This document shows, in pieces, positions 1-25,959 of a DNA stretch of 64,000 nt (position 1 is the first letter of the stretch; each line of letters opens with the position of its first letter). Where the stretch lies: NCBI GenBank assembly GCA_964016885.1, contig OZ024746.1, forward strand, positions 61,690,001 through 61,754,000, written 5' to 3'. The position numbers and the translations under genes are program-made. The notes beneath the pieces were generated by a model, which was not told the DNA's origin, searched no databases, and was given only the letters and a program-made list of their open reading frames with translations. The stretch comes from Eledone cirrhosa (Eukaryota).

Positions 1-356
1 ACGTCAATGAAAGCAGGTAACTAATTATAGAACATATACATTTTCACTTTTTGTATATATATATATATATATATTACTCATGCTATTGTTGTGCTGGAAT
101 CCTCTGGTAAGCGGTTTTAACTTTTTATGCGACGTGTTCCTATTATTGACCGAACTATATCAAGTTTCCATTGGTTAGTCTGTTGTAATTGTGTACATGC
201 TACTGTTAGATGTATAATTGTGGGCATGTGGCTCTCATTGTTAATATTGCGGAAGAGAGTGGATTTGGCTGTTATAAAGAACTGAGCGTGCCACTATGTA
301 GAAACTTCTCCACTAATTTGTTGACTATCTGAATTGATTTATTGTTGTAGATTTAC

Positions 357-856
357 TGCCGCCTGAATGCCGGTCGCTTCGCGCATCACACGGAGCTAAA
401 CCTTATTCTCAAGAGAGCTTTGGCTCGGGCGAACATCCCCTCAATCTTGGAACCATCTGTGTTGTCAAGGAGTAATGGGAAAAGACCTGACGGTCTTACA
501 CTGTGCCCCTGGCCGAGAGGCAGATGCCTTGTGTGGGACGTAACAGTTAGTGACTCTTTTGCTTCTTCCCACATGCTGGATGCTGCGGTTAGGGCGATAG
601 CCACAACTTCCTCAACCGATCGGAGCAAAATCCTAAAATACTGTGATCTGTCGGCCAATTACATTTTCCAGCCCGTGGCGTTCGAGAATTTCGGGGGAGT
701 CGGACAGCTGACTGTGAATTCCTATTTTCACTGGCGGCTCGCCTAATAGAGGTAACTGGTGAAGCTCGTGAAGGCGCTTGGTTGTTCCAACGCACCAGTC
801 TGACCATCACCCGAGGTAACGCTGCGAGCGTGCTGGCTTGCCTAAAAAATCATTAG
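357..856 (+). mobile_element. 3' fragment of a CRE-like non-LTR retrotransposon (end of CCHC knuckle + restriction-like endonuclease), frameshifted
   Basis: Translation from 357: CRLNAGRFAHHTELNLILKRALARANIPSILEP...GKRPDGLTLCPWPRGRCLVWDVTVSDSFASSH...KILKY...YIFQPVAFENFGG. After a frameshift near 745: EVTGEAREGAWLFQRTSLTITRGNAASVLACL*. This matches the RPDG...W-D-V-T / QR..I.RGNA signature of RLE-type (CRE-like) elements. Confidence 0.8.
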
Positions 857-949
857 TGCTCCTCGCGATAATGCTATCTTTTGCTCTGGTAGTGGCTCGG
901 TTGTCCACCCCTTCCTTTATATTATATTTGTTAGTGCTTTCGCTCTGTA

Positions 950-1130
950 AGCATCGGCAATATTGGTAAAGCGTTGGACGCAATGCTTTGCAGCATATAG
1001 TTACGGCCCTTTATGATCTGAGTTCAAATCCCGCCGAGGTTAACTTTGCCTTTCATCTTTACGAGGTCGATAAAATAAAGTACCAGTAACGCACTGGGAT
1101 AATTACTGGCCTTGTGCCAATTCTTGGCAT
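950..1130 (+). mobile_element. SINE family A copy (tRNA-like head; central motif GCCTTTCATC..ACGGGGTCGATAAAATAAAGTACCAG)
   Basis: B-box-like GAGTTCAAATCC followed by the central motif. The same sequence recurs at ~18546, 24950, 25110, 25430, 30460 and 33380. Confidence 0.7.
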
Positions 1131-1410
1131 TTATTATATCTCTATTTCTTTTTATTCATAATGTTACTATTATATTTCTTTTTATCTGTAAAAATTATGT
1201 ATATATCTGTTTGTTGAATAAACAAATCTAATATTTAACTTTCATTCACGTTATTATCACTTATAGCTTACAGTCTCCAATAAAACTGAGATTTTGGGTG
1301 TATTTTCTTTTATTAATATGAGGCTTTTAAGATTTCATTCCATTAAATGGATGCTAGAAATAACTGAAAACTTAGCAGTTCAACAAAACGAGATCAATAA
1401 AATAAGTACC

Positions 1411-1797
1411 TTAAGTATTGTGGCCTTTTGAAGCAAGCCAACACACTGGCAACGTGATAGTGAATCTAAGGCCCTGGAACAACTGAACACAGACACGTGC
1501 ATCACCTGACACCTCGGTAAGGTGAGCCGGGAACGATGACAAGAACTTCGCTGTCAGTTCTTCTAAACGTCTCGAACGCCACAGGCTGCAAAAAAAAGCC
1601 GATAATTGGCGGTATTTAAAAATGTTATTCCGTTCGGCTTTGGAAGCAGTAACCTTCACATTTAGCGCTGCACCCAGAATGTGAGCGGGAGCGAAAGAGT
1701 CACTAACTGTGGCGTCCCAAATGAGGCATCTACCTCTTACCCAAGGACAAAGGATAAGGCTTAATCTGGACTCTTCCTATCAACTTTGGACAATCCA
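1411..1797 (-). mobile_element. Second decayed CRE-like RLE retrotransposon 3' fragment
   Basis: Minus strand translates ...LCPWVRGRCLIWDATVSDSFAPAHILGAALNVKVTASKAERNNIFKYRQLS..VAFETF...QLFQGL. Homologous to 357-856, with stops and frameshifts. Confidence 0.75.
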
Positions 1798-2239
1798 ATA
1801 CTAGTTTCTATGTCTCTTTCGAGTTCTTTCTCCGGCTAAAAACTAGCTACTACAAATGCATCTTACTTACTTTAATTTTAAAACATATACATGTTAATAT
1901 ATATTTCTTCGACTCAAGTTCTATAGTTGATGTCCTTACAAGGTTGATGTGTTTACAATTAAGTCCACAAAGTAATTTACTTAGCCGAAAGTAACTTACT
2001 TAACAACGATGAGTTGCCTCCCTTCTTTACTTAATTATTCCTTATTCCTTACAAAATATTTATACAACATAAAATAATATAAGAGAAGGTAGGTTTTCTT
2101 TTTACAACACTAAATGAAGAGCTAAAGTAAAATACCAAAAAAGGCTTCGACTTACTTTTGATTGAGTTGCCCCACAAGAAGAAAAACAATCGTGCAAGTA
2201 GCTTTGAAAAGGGGTTAGAGGTGCTAAATTATTGAATCT

Positions 2240-2690
2240 TTCACTACCACCACATTCACATGCAGCTATAACAACTTTAGTACTACTACCACCAACACCA
2301 CCGTTATCATCACCACTACTACCATCACTTATAACAAAACACCTCTACTTCTAACACCGCCATCACCTACAATAGCACCTCTACTTCTAACACCGTCATC
2401 ACCTACAATAGCACCTCTACTCGTGACACCAACAACAACACCTCTACTACTACTGCCACCACCACCAATAACAACACCTCTACTACTAACACCACCACTG
2501 CTACCACCATAACCTATAACAACCGCTCTACTACCATCATCTACAACTAACACCACCATAACCTATAACAACCGCTCTACTACCATCATCTACAACTAAC
2601 ACCACCATAACCTATAACAACCGCTCTACTACCATCATCTACAACTAACACCACCATAACCTATAACAACCGCTCTACTACCTCCACCAT
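2240..2690. repeat. Degenerate (ACC/ACT)n low-complexity tract, ending in ~3 copies of a 57-bp unit
   Basis: CCACCATAACCTATAACAACCGCTCTACTACCATCATCTACAACTAACA repeated at ~2505, 2560 and 2620. Confidence 0.8.
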
Positions 2691-3037
2691 TCATCTTGTT
2701 ACAGTTTATTTTTACCAACGTAAAACATGACATCGTTACTCTCTTGTTTTAATTAAAGATATATCAAATTGCATTGATTTAGACTTTACTTGCAATCTAC
2801 AAAGGTCAACTTTGCGTTTTATCTGTATCTAAAAAAAAGTGTCCCAAATATATTTTTTTATTAAAACAGTTTATATGAATTAGGCGTCAGACAATAAAGT
2901 TTTTGTCATTGTTTACTTTTCATCTTACTGAAATATCAGGGGATTCTTGTAACGGTGCTTGGCTATTCCAGAACCTCTGCCTCCCTATCACCCATAATAA
3001 TGCCATGCATGTTTTCACTTACCTCAAACATTTTCAG

Positions 3038-3079
3038 TGGTCAACACCAGCAATTCTTCGTTGTTGTGTGTAATTGAAG
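3038..3079 (+). other. Candidate non-coding 5'UTR exon of HSPBAP1
   Basis: Bounded by TTTTCAG| (3037) and AAG|GTATGT (3080). A further strong donor, CAG|GTAACT, sits at 16/17. No transcript evidence. Confidence 0.3.
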
Positions 3080-3214
3080 GTATGTGCAGCTATTCTTTTG
3101 GACTACTTTTATTTGAAATTATTCATTTGCTTTGATGATTATAAATAAAAACAGATTAAAAACAAACATATACACGAGATGTGCATATACAAATATATAC
3201 ATAAATATACACAT

Positions 3215-3276
3215 ATTTCAACAAATATGTAACATACACTTATAATTATAAGTGTATGTTACACATTTGTTGAAAT
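3215..3276. repeat. 62-bp near-perfect palindrome with no spacer
   Basis: ATTTCAACAAATATGTAACATACACTTATAA|TTATAAGTGTATGTTACACATTTGTTGAAAT; 31-bp arms, 1 mismatch. Confidence 0.9.
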
Positions 3277-3365
3277 GTTTTCCAACATTTTGACTATTAG
3301 AATATACATAATGGAAGGAGTAGTTTATTTAGCAGTTGATTTATCTGACTTCAGTATATCTAGTT

Positions 3366-3647
3366 CAGGGGTCTGAAACTCAAGGACTCAAAAGGACCAT
3401 TACGTTCTGGGGGAGGGAGAGGCACAATGAGACGAGAGGAGGGGGCGGGATTTCCACCAGTTATAATGCTAATCTGCAATACAGCTGATATGCTGCTATT
3501 TATTTATTATGGTTTTTCATCATATTGAATACACATATCATAGGAAGTGGAATATATGAAGTAACAGGACAAATTTTCCTTAATTAGTCATGAAAATTGT
3601 TCTGCTGCCAGCTATAGAAAAGTAGGGCTGTGTGTTTGGGACACCTG
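3366..3647. mobile_element. hAT (Charlie-type) MITE
   Basis: TIRs CAGGGGTCTGAAAC / GTTTGGGACACCTG. 8-bp TSD ATCTAGTT (3358-3365) / ATCTGGTT (3648-3655). Confidence 0.75.
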
Positions 3648-3735
3648 ATCTGGTTCAACTGAAATTACTTCACACTAAATAGTGAAATAATGTGATCTAA
3701 AGAATATTAGCTTTTTTGTTTTAATGACAAAGGTA

Positions 3736-3906
3736 CAGAATATACTTGAATATAAGCTGACCCCACTATTTTATGTTTGAGAAATGGGCAAAAATCCACA
3801 CCTTATTTAAGTAGAATTTAAAGTTGGTGAAAATCATCAAAATATTGACTCCCCTTCTACCATCGATTTTTTGGTCATATATTCCTTGGCTTATATTTGA
3901 GTATAT
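3736..3906. mobile_element. Tc1/mariner (pogo/Tigger-like) MITE, decayed
   Basis: Imperfect TIRs TATACTTGAATATAAGCTGA / TTGGCTTATATTTGAGTATA. Confidence 0.5.
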
Positions 3907-4071
3907 CAAATCTCACTGTGATAGGCTTTGCTTGCAATCTGCAAGGGTCAACTTTTTGTTTTATCTGTATTTAAAAATATAAAAAAGCTCCAATTGTATT
4001 ATCTATTATATTCTGGAATCAATTGGAAATAAATGATAATTCTTATTTTACTCCAGAGTATCGATACAGGT

Positions 4072-19527
<15,456 letters not shown>

Positions 19528-19530
19528 GTG

Positions 19531-19536
19531 AATAAA
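19531..19536 (+). promoter_or_regulatory. Candidate polyadenylation signal AATAAA just after the HSPBAP1 stop (another at ~20216)
   Basis: Motif only, followed by a GT-rich stretch at ~19560-19580. Confidence 0.35.
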
Positions 19537-19666
19537 TAGTTATGATTTTTAAAAATAGTATGTTGATGTTTGTTTTGGCTATCTTTAATGTTTATATCAC
19601 TGTTCCTGCTCTGAAGCATATTGAGAATGTTAGCCTCAGTTCTGCTCTCATGAAGCAGACATTTAA

Positions 19667-20046
19667 CCCTTACTGTAAATGTGGTTGGCGTTAGGAAGGG
19701 CATCCAGCCGTAGAAAACCAGCCAGAAACACCCCTATATGAGTGAGACATGGTCACCCAACACAACTTGCCTCAAAATGGAACCCATCTAACCCATGCTA
19801 GCGTGGAAGATGGTCGTTAATCGATGATGATGATGATGATTACTCTATATACATACTATTATATTTTCACAGTAAAGGCTTTACCTCACATAATAATCCC
19901 ACATAATATCGAATCTATGAAATTTTGATATTATTTATTTTGAGAACAACACTTTAACATGAGTATGAGTGGCTGATTACAGCTGGTTTGAACAGAAAGA
20001 GGTGAGAGAATTCTGGTTGGATATGGCTGGTTTAAATGCAAAAGGG
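19667..20046. mobile_element. piggyBac-type MITE interrupted by an RTE-tail retroposon (~19672-19840, + strand)
   Basis: TTAA|CCCTT ... AAAGGG|TTAA. The insert ends in (GAT)n, after which homology with 15280-15479 resumes. Confidence 0.65.
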
Positions 20047-20547
20047 TTAAACAAAGGTTTGGCTGCTATGACCATCATGTTTTGTTAAACAACCATCGTG
20101 TAGCTAGAGATACGTTTTTTAATGTGTCCTTCCTGTTTTGAAGATGGTAGGGTGGGATTTGAAGTAGATTTGGCTGGTATTTCTGACAAGTATTTCTAGC
20201 AAGGTATAGACATACAATAAAACTTGTGAGATGAATTTATAAAATGTTTATATTCATTGTTTGTTGATGTCATCATCATCATCATCATCATCATTATTTA
20301 ACATCTGCTTTCCCTCTACTAGCAAGGGTTGGATAGGTCTTCACAGACTGAGTCAGTGTGGAAGTAGGTCTACTGACCTCCCAGACAGGCCAGGCGCCCT
20401 CACTCACTCACTGTACATTTTATCATGGCACTAGCATTAGAGAGATTGCCACACCATTAATACATCTGAAGGATCCTATGTAAAATGTTTGTATTCACTG
20501 TTAGTTGCTGTGTGCATGGTAAGACTTTTATTCAGAAAATTCATAAT

Positions 20548-22214
20548 GGTATATCTCAACTGTACTCCATGAAAAGTGGGAGCAGGGATCCACAAACTCT
20601 ACACTCCAGTCTGGCTGGTATATCTCAACTGTACTCCATGAAAAGTGGGAGCAGGGATCCACTAACTCTACACTCCAGTCTGGCTGGTATATCTCAACTG
20701 TACTCCAGGAAAAGTGGGAGCAGGGATCCACAAACTCTACACTCCAGTCTGGCTGGTATATCTCAACTGTACTCCAGGAAAAGTGGGAGCAGGGATCCAC
20801 AAACTCTACACTCCAGTCTGGCTGGTATATCTCAACTGTACTCCAGGAAAAGTGGGATCAGGGATCCACAAACTCTACACTCCAGTCTGGCTGGTATATC
20901 TCAACTGTACTCCAGGAAAAGTGGGAGCAGGGATCCACAAACTCTACACTCCACTCTGGCTGGTATATCTCAACTGTACTCCAGGAAAAGTGGGAGCAGG
21001 GATCCACAAACTCTACACTCCACTCTGGCTGGTATATCTCAACTGTACTCCAGGAAAAGTGGGAGCAGGGATCCACAAACTCTACACTCCACTCTGGCTG
21101 GTATATCTCAACTGTACTCCAGGAAAAGTGGGAGCAGGGATCCACAAACTCTACACTCCACTCTGGCTGGTATATCTCAACTGTACTCCAGGAAAAGTGG
21201 GAGCAGGGATCCACAAACTCTACACTCCACTCTGGCTGGTATATCTCAACTGTACTCCAGGAAAAGTGGGAGCAGGGATCCACAAACTCTACACTCCACT
21301 CTGGCTGGTATATCTCAACTGTACTCCAGGAAAAGTGGGAGCAGGGATCCACAAACTCTACACTCCACTCTGGCTGGTATATCTCAACTGTACTCCAGGA
21401 AAAGTGGGAGCAGGGATCCACAAACTCTACACTCCACTCTGGCTGGTATATCTCAACTGTACTCCAGGAAAAGTGGGAGCAGGGATCCACTAACTCTACA
21501 CTCCAGTCTGGCTGGTATATCTCAACTGTACTCCAGGAAAAGTGGGAGCAGGGATCCACAAACTCTACACTCCAGTCTGGCTGGTATATCTCAACTGTAC
21601 TCCAGGAAAAGTGGGAGCAGGGATCCACAAACTCTACACTCCACTCTGGCTGGTATATCTCAACTGTACTCCAGGAAAAGTGGGAGCAGGGATCCACTAA
21701 CTCTACACTCCAGTCTGGCTGGTATATCTCAACTGTACTCCAGGAAAAGTGGGAGCAGGGATCCACAAACTCTACACTCCAGTCTGGCTGGTATATCTCA
21801 ACTGTACTCCAGGAAAAGTGGGAGCAGGGATCCACAAACTCTACACTCCACTCTGGCTGGTATATCTCAACTGTACTCCAGGAAAAGTGGGAGCAGGGAT
21901 CCACTAACTCTACACTCCACTCTGGCTGGTATATCTCAACTGTACTCCAGGAAAAGTGGGAGCAGGGATCCACAAACTCTACACTCCACTCTGGCTGGTA
22001 TATCTCAACTGTACTCCAGGAAAAGTGGGAGCAGGGATCCACTAACTCTACACTCCAGTCTGGCTGGTATATCTCAACTGTACTCCAGGAAAAGTGGGAG
22101 CAGGGATCCACTAACTCTACACTCCAGTCTGGCTGGTATATCTCAACTGTACTCCAGGAAAAGTGGGAGCAGGGATCCACAAACTCTACACTCCAGTCTG
22201 GCTGGTATATCTCA
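20548..22214. repeat. 69-bp minisatellite, ~24 near-identical copies
   Basis: Unit GGTATATCTCAACTGTACTCCAGGAAAAGTGGGAGCAGGGATCCACAAACTCTACACTCCASTCTGGCT, with one BamHI site per unit. A diverged related copy lies at ~22240-22325. Confidence 0.97.
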
Positions 22215-22541
22215 CATTGAATGATTTCAATTTAGCGTCATTTATCTGAACCCCAGGAGGAGAAAAGGAAGCCACAAGCTCTACATTCCAGTCTGGCTGA
22301 GTATATCTCAGCCGTACCCTGCAGACAAAATGGTGAAGGCATTACGATGGAGAACAGCCATTGATACCTGCTGTACCAGCTACTCCACCTGACAGGACTC
22401 CTTCCTCTTCTCTTGTGGGATGCACTCTTCCCAATTTCAGGTCTCGATTAACTCCCGTGTATTTTAAATTGTATTATAAATTGAAGTGAAAACCAACAGG
22501 TGCGTGTGTTTTTATTGGCAGCATGACCCTCCCAAAGTATA

Positions 22542-22697
22542 ACATGGGCGGAGGTGGTGAGAGCAGACCTCAGATCGCTGAAACTCACCGAGGAGATGAC
22601 GAAGGACCGTGACAAGTGGAGAGATGCTGTGCTGAATAGGACCCGTCCAACCCTTGCAAGCAGGGAAAAGCGGACGTAAAATAATGATGATGATGAT
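22542..22697 (+). mobile_element. Extreme 3' end of a second RTE-family LINE
   Basis: Translates TWAEVVRADLRSLKLTEEMTKDRDKWRDAVLNRTRPTLASREKRT*, homologous to TWDELINSDI...MSLDRDLWRYSV of the RTE at 15944; (GAT)n tail. Confidence 0.75.
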
Positions 22698-22706
22698 ATA
22701 TATATA

Positions 22707-23223
22707 TGGTGAAAAAAATGAAGAATAACATGGTCAACAGTACAACAAGGGACTTTATTTCAAGTATTAACAGTTGTTTCATTGATCAGGTGAGTCTAGA
22801 GGCCGCTAATCACTCGAAGTTGGGTCACTCAACCTTAAATACAGTGTGTACCTCTGATCAAATCCTCAGAATACTCTGATTATTCTGAGGATTTGATCAG
22901 AAGTACACACTGTATTTAAGGTTGAGTGACCCAACTTCAAGTGATTAGAGGCCTCTAGACTCACCTGATCAATGAAACAATTGTTAATACTTGAAATAAA
23001 GTCCCTTGTTGTACTGTTGACCATGTTATTCTTCACTCTTTCACTATTATTACTCCAAGTATAACCTGCATGGGAATTCTCGCGAACTCACTACTTAACT
23101 ATGGAAACCTCTTGTTGAGTCAAACAAAGCCATACGTTAAAACTATCCACAATACAGAGTACTCACAACCTCTATCTGGATTACCTACAACCTCTATCTG
23201 GATTATGATAACTTGTTATCCCA
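22707..23223. mobile_element. Penelope-like element remnant: inverted pseudo-LTR pair (~167-bp arms, 7-nt loop) plus 3' extension, flanked by (TA)n
   Basis: Arms 22707-22873 and 22881-23047 are near-perfect reverse complements. A homologous second copy lies at 34853-35335. Both carry a hammerhead motif, as PLE pLTRs typically do. Confidence 0.7.
22762..22876 (-). ncRNA. Type I hammerhead ribozyme motif (mirror copy on + strand at 22881-22989)
   Basis: Minus strand: GAGUAUU (stem I) CUGAGGA U UUGAUCAG...CUGAUCAA U GAAA C AACU G U U AAUACUU. That is the CUGAnGA/GAAA core, an 8-bp stem II, a minimal stem III, cleavage triplet GUU and a 7-bp stem I. Confidence 0.7.
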
Positions 23224-23460
23224 TATATATATATATATATAGTCAGATGTTGTAGAAAAATAGAAAAATCACTGAGGCATAGATGTTGATGTTCAATATT
23301 TCGTTTATCAATAATTATTGGTAATTTTGACATATTTTTCAATACATTACATAATATAATAACCAATCACAGGCGTGTGAAATCTGGATTATTAGATAAT
23401 TAATTACTTCATACTGCCAGGGAATATCATAACTGCATCACTTCTGAGAAAGTGCAACAA

Positions 23461-23489
<29 letters not shown>

Positions 23490-23491
<2 letters not shown>

Positions 23492-23771
23492 CATCATCAT
23501 CATCATCATCATCATTTTACGTCCGCTTTTCTCTGCTTGCAAGGGTGGGACGGGAACTGATTCTAGCTTGATTTCTACAGCTGGATGCCCTTCCTAACAC
23601 CAACCTCATTTACAGTGAGTGCTGGGTGCTTTTTTGCCGTGGCACCTCCACGACCACTTTGCAGTGGAATCATAGGGACCCCAGTCCCTATCATCTCATT
23701 TCTACAGCTGAGTAAACTGGCCAATGCTCTAACCACAAGGCCAATGCTCTAACCAGTAAGCCATGTGTCTC
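23490..23771 (-). mobile_element. SINE family B copy (internally deleted), head-to-head with the next copy
   Basis: Reverse complement of 23788-24123; (GAT)n tail at 23490-23515. Confidence 0.8.
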
Positions 23772-23787
23772 TCTCTATATATATAAT

Positions 23788-24123
23788 GGAGGCACATGGC
23801 TTAGTGGTTAGAGCATTGGGCTTGCAATCGAAAGGTTGTGAGTTCAATTCTCAGACCGGGTGATGTGTTGTTTCCTTGAGCAAGACACTTTATTTCACAT
23901 TGCTCCAGTTCACTCAGCTGTAGAAATGAGATGATAGGGACTGGGGTCCATATCACTCCACTGCAAAGTGAACGTGTAGGCGCCATGGAAAAAAACCCCC
24001 CAGCACTCACTGTAAATGAGGTTGGTGTTAGGAAGGGCATCCAGCTGTAGAAATCAAACCAGAATCAGTTCCCGTCCCACCCTTGCAAGCAGGGAAAAGC
24101 GGACGTAAAATGAAATGAAATGA
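23788..24123 (+). mobile_element. Full-length tRNA-derived CORE-type SINE (family B) with RTE 3' tail
   Basis: GGAGGCACATGGCTTAGTGGTTAGAGCATTGGGCTTGCAATCGAAAGGTTGTGAGTTCAATTCTC (A/B boxes), CORE-like block, tail CCCTTGCAAGCAGGGAAAAGCGGACGTAAAA(TGAAA)n. Confidence 0.85.
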
Positions 24124-24499
24124 ATGTGTGTGTGTGTGTGTGTGTGTGTCCCCGTAGTATCGGAGCTGTTATACAAATTTCACCACATCTAAATACATGT
24201 ACATCAACAAAAATACTTTCCTCCGTCAACTCTGCGTTGTACTAATATGTAATTCAAACACTTATTGTTATTTCAAACACTTATCGTTATTTTTGTGTTT
24301 TTGATTATCATATGGTGTCATCGAATCCCATGGTAAGAAATAAACGTATAAATCGCTTGGTACACATCCAAACATCGTTTATGCAGCTGTGAAAGGGGAC
24401 TTGTTACTATTACTAACTTTCAGTATTGTAGAATAAGTTTAATAGAGCAAATGTATCTCGGGGACACTGTAAACTGGAGGTAGAAAATACATCTTATTA

Positions 24500-24900
24500 A
24501 ACACAAACCCATCCACATGCATATACATCCACACAGACATAAACTTACACATATATCAAATGGCTGTCTGTTGCACACATATACACACACTATATTAAAT
24601 GGCAGTTAGTTACACACAAACACATACACACACACGCACACTTACAAACACATAAATACACACATGCACACACACGCACACAAACACAAACACTAAATTT
24701 AATAGCAGTTAGTTGCACAAATGCATACATACGCATACAGCCAATATACCAACTGGTAGTTAGTTGCACACACACACACACACACACGCACACTATATCT
24801 AATGATAGTTAGCTGTGCACACATACACACAAACATATCAAACACACACACACACACACACATACACACACACAAACACATCAAACACACACAGAGTACA
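24500..24900. repeat. Degenerate (CA)n tract with repeated AGTTAGTTGCACA motif
   Basis: Directly visible. Confidence 0.85.
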
Positions 24901-24944
24901 TCTAATGATGGTTAGTTAACTTACTGCTAAAATAATGGTTACTT

Positions 24945-25660
24945 ATATAGGCACAATGCCAGCAATTTTAAATCGACCCCAGTGCATTACTGGTACTTTA
25001 TTTTATCGACCCCGTAAGGATGAAAGGCAAAGCTAACCTCAGCGGGATTTGAATTCAGAACGTAAAGGGCCACAACTCTAAGCTACCAAGCATGTTGTTC
25101 TTTCAAATAATCGTTTCTACTTTAGGCACAAGGCCAGCAATTTAGGGGGAGGGGGTAAGTCGATTAAATCTACCCCAGTACATTACTGGTACATTATTTT
25201 ATCGACCCCGTAAGGATGAAAGGCAAAGTTAACCTCGACGGGATTTGAACTCTGATCATAAAGGGCCGTAACTCTATGCATAGCGTCCGACTCTCTACCG
25301 ATACTGCCAACCGACCGCCATTCTTACTGCTAAAACAATGAATGTGTATTGTACTTGTCCTCCGGGATACACGAGACCAATGCGTTAGTTATTGGGCCGT
25401 TTGATATGATATACAGTAGTTAGTTCTATAGAGATGGGATTGCCCTGACAGTATCGGTAGAACGTCAGACACTATACTTTGCAGCATAGAGTTATGACCC
25501 TTTACGTTCTGAGTTCAAATCCCGCCAAGGTTAACTTTGCCTCTCATCCTTACGGGGTCGATAAAATGAAGCACCAGTAATGCACTGGGGTCGATTTAAT
25601 CGACTTAGTCCTCCCCTCAAAAAATACTGGCTTTGTGCCTAAAGTAGAAACAATTATTTG
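24945..25660. mobile_element. Cluster of three SINE family A copies: 24945-25100 (-), 25110-25322 (-), 25432-25660 (+)
   Basis: Each carries the GCCTTTCATCCTTACGGGGTCGATAAAAT motif or its reverse complement and a B-box-like GAGTTCAAATCCCG. Confidence 0.8.
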
Positions 25661-25959
25661 AATATTGTTCAGTAGGAAGCAGTCATGAAGATATTAGGTA
25701 AAGCGGAAGTCAATGTCATTAGAGTTTCACTGTGAAATGGATACCGTTGTCTTCCCTTACTACGCAGTTAAAGGTGTTTATTTAAAAAATAAAGTTTAGT
25801 AAGAAAAAAAAAGGGAACAAAAGGAAAGAAAGAATAGTGAAATATAAAAAAGAAAGAAGAAAAAGAATGGGCAAGTGAGGGGATGGCAAGAGCTCTGCTG
25901 TCGCAGAAGAGAGGGGAGGGATGAAGGGGGAGGCTGATTGGGCTTTGGGCCTAGGGTAA

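Noticed and set aside
1960-2200. GAGTTGCCTCCCTT / GAGTTATC(G/T)CC motifs (also 6610-6770) as a defined Helentron/DINE-type element
   Set aside because: The motifs are suggestive, but no termini or boundaries could be established by eye
20485-22224. 579-aa, 440-aa and 259-aa repeat ORFs, or a CRISPR-like array
   Set aside because: Pure 69-bp tandem repeat with no unique spacers. Open frames on both strands follow from the 3n unit length, and the context is eukaryotic with no cas genes
23788-23860. tRNA gene (also 11110-11180 and 12120-12190)
   Set aside because: A/B boxes are present but the acceptor stem is poor, and the sequence runs directly into CORE and RTE-tail modules, so these are SINE heads
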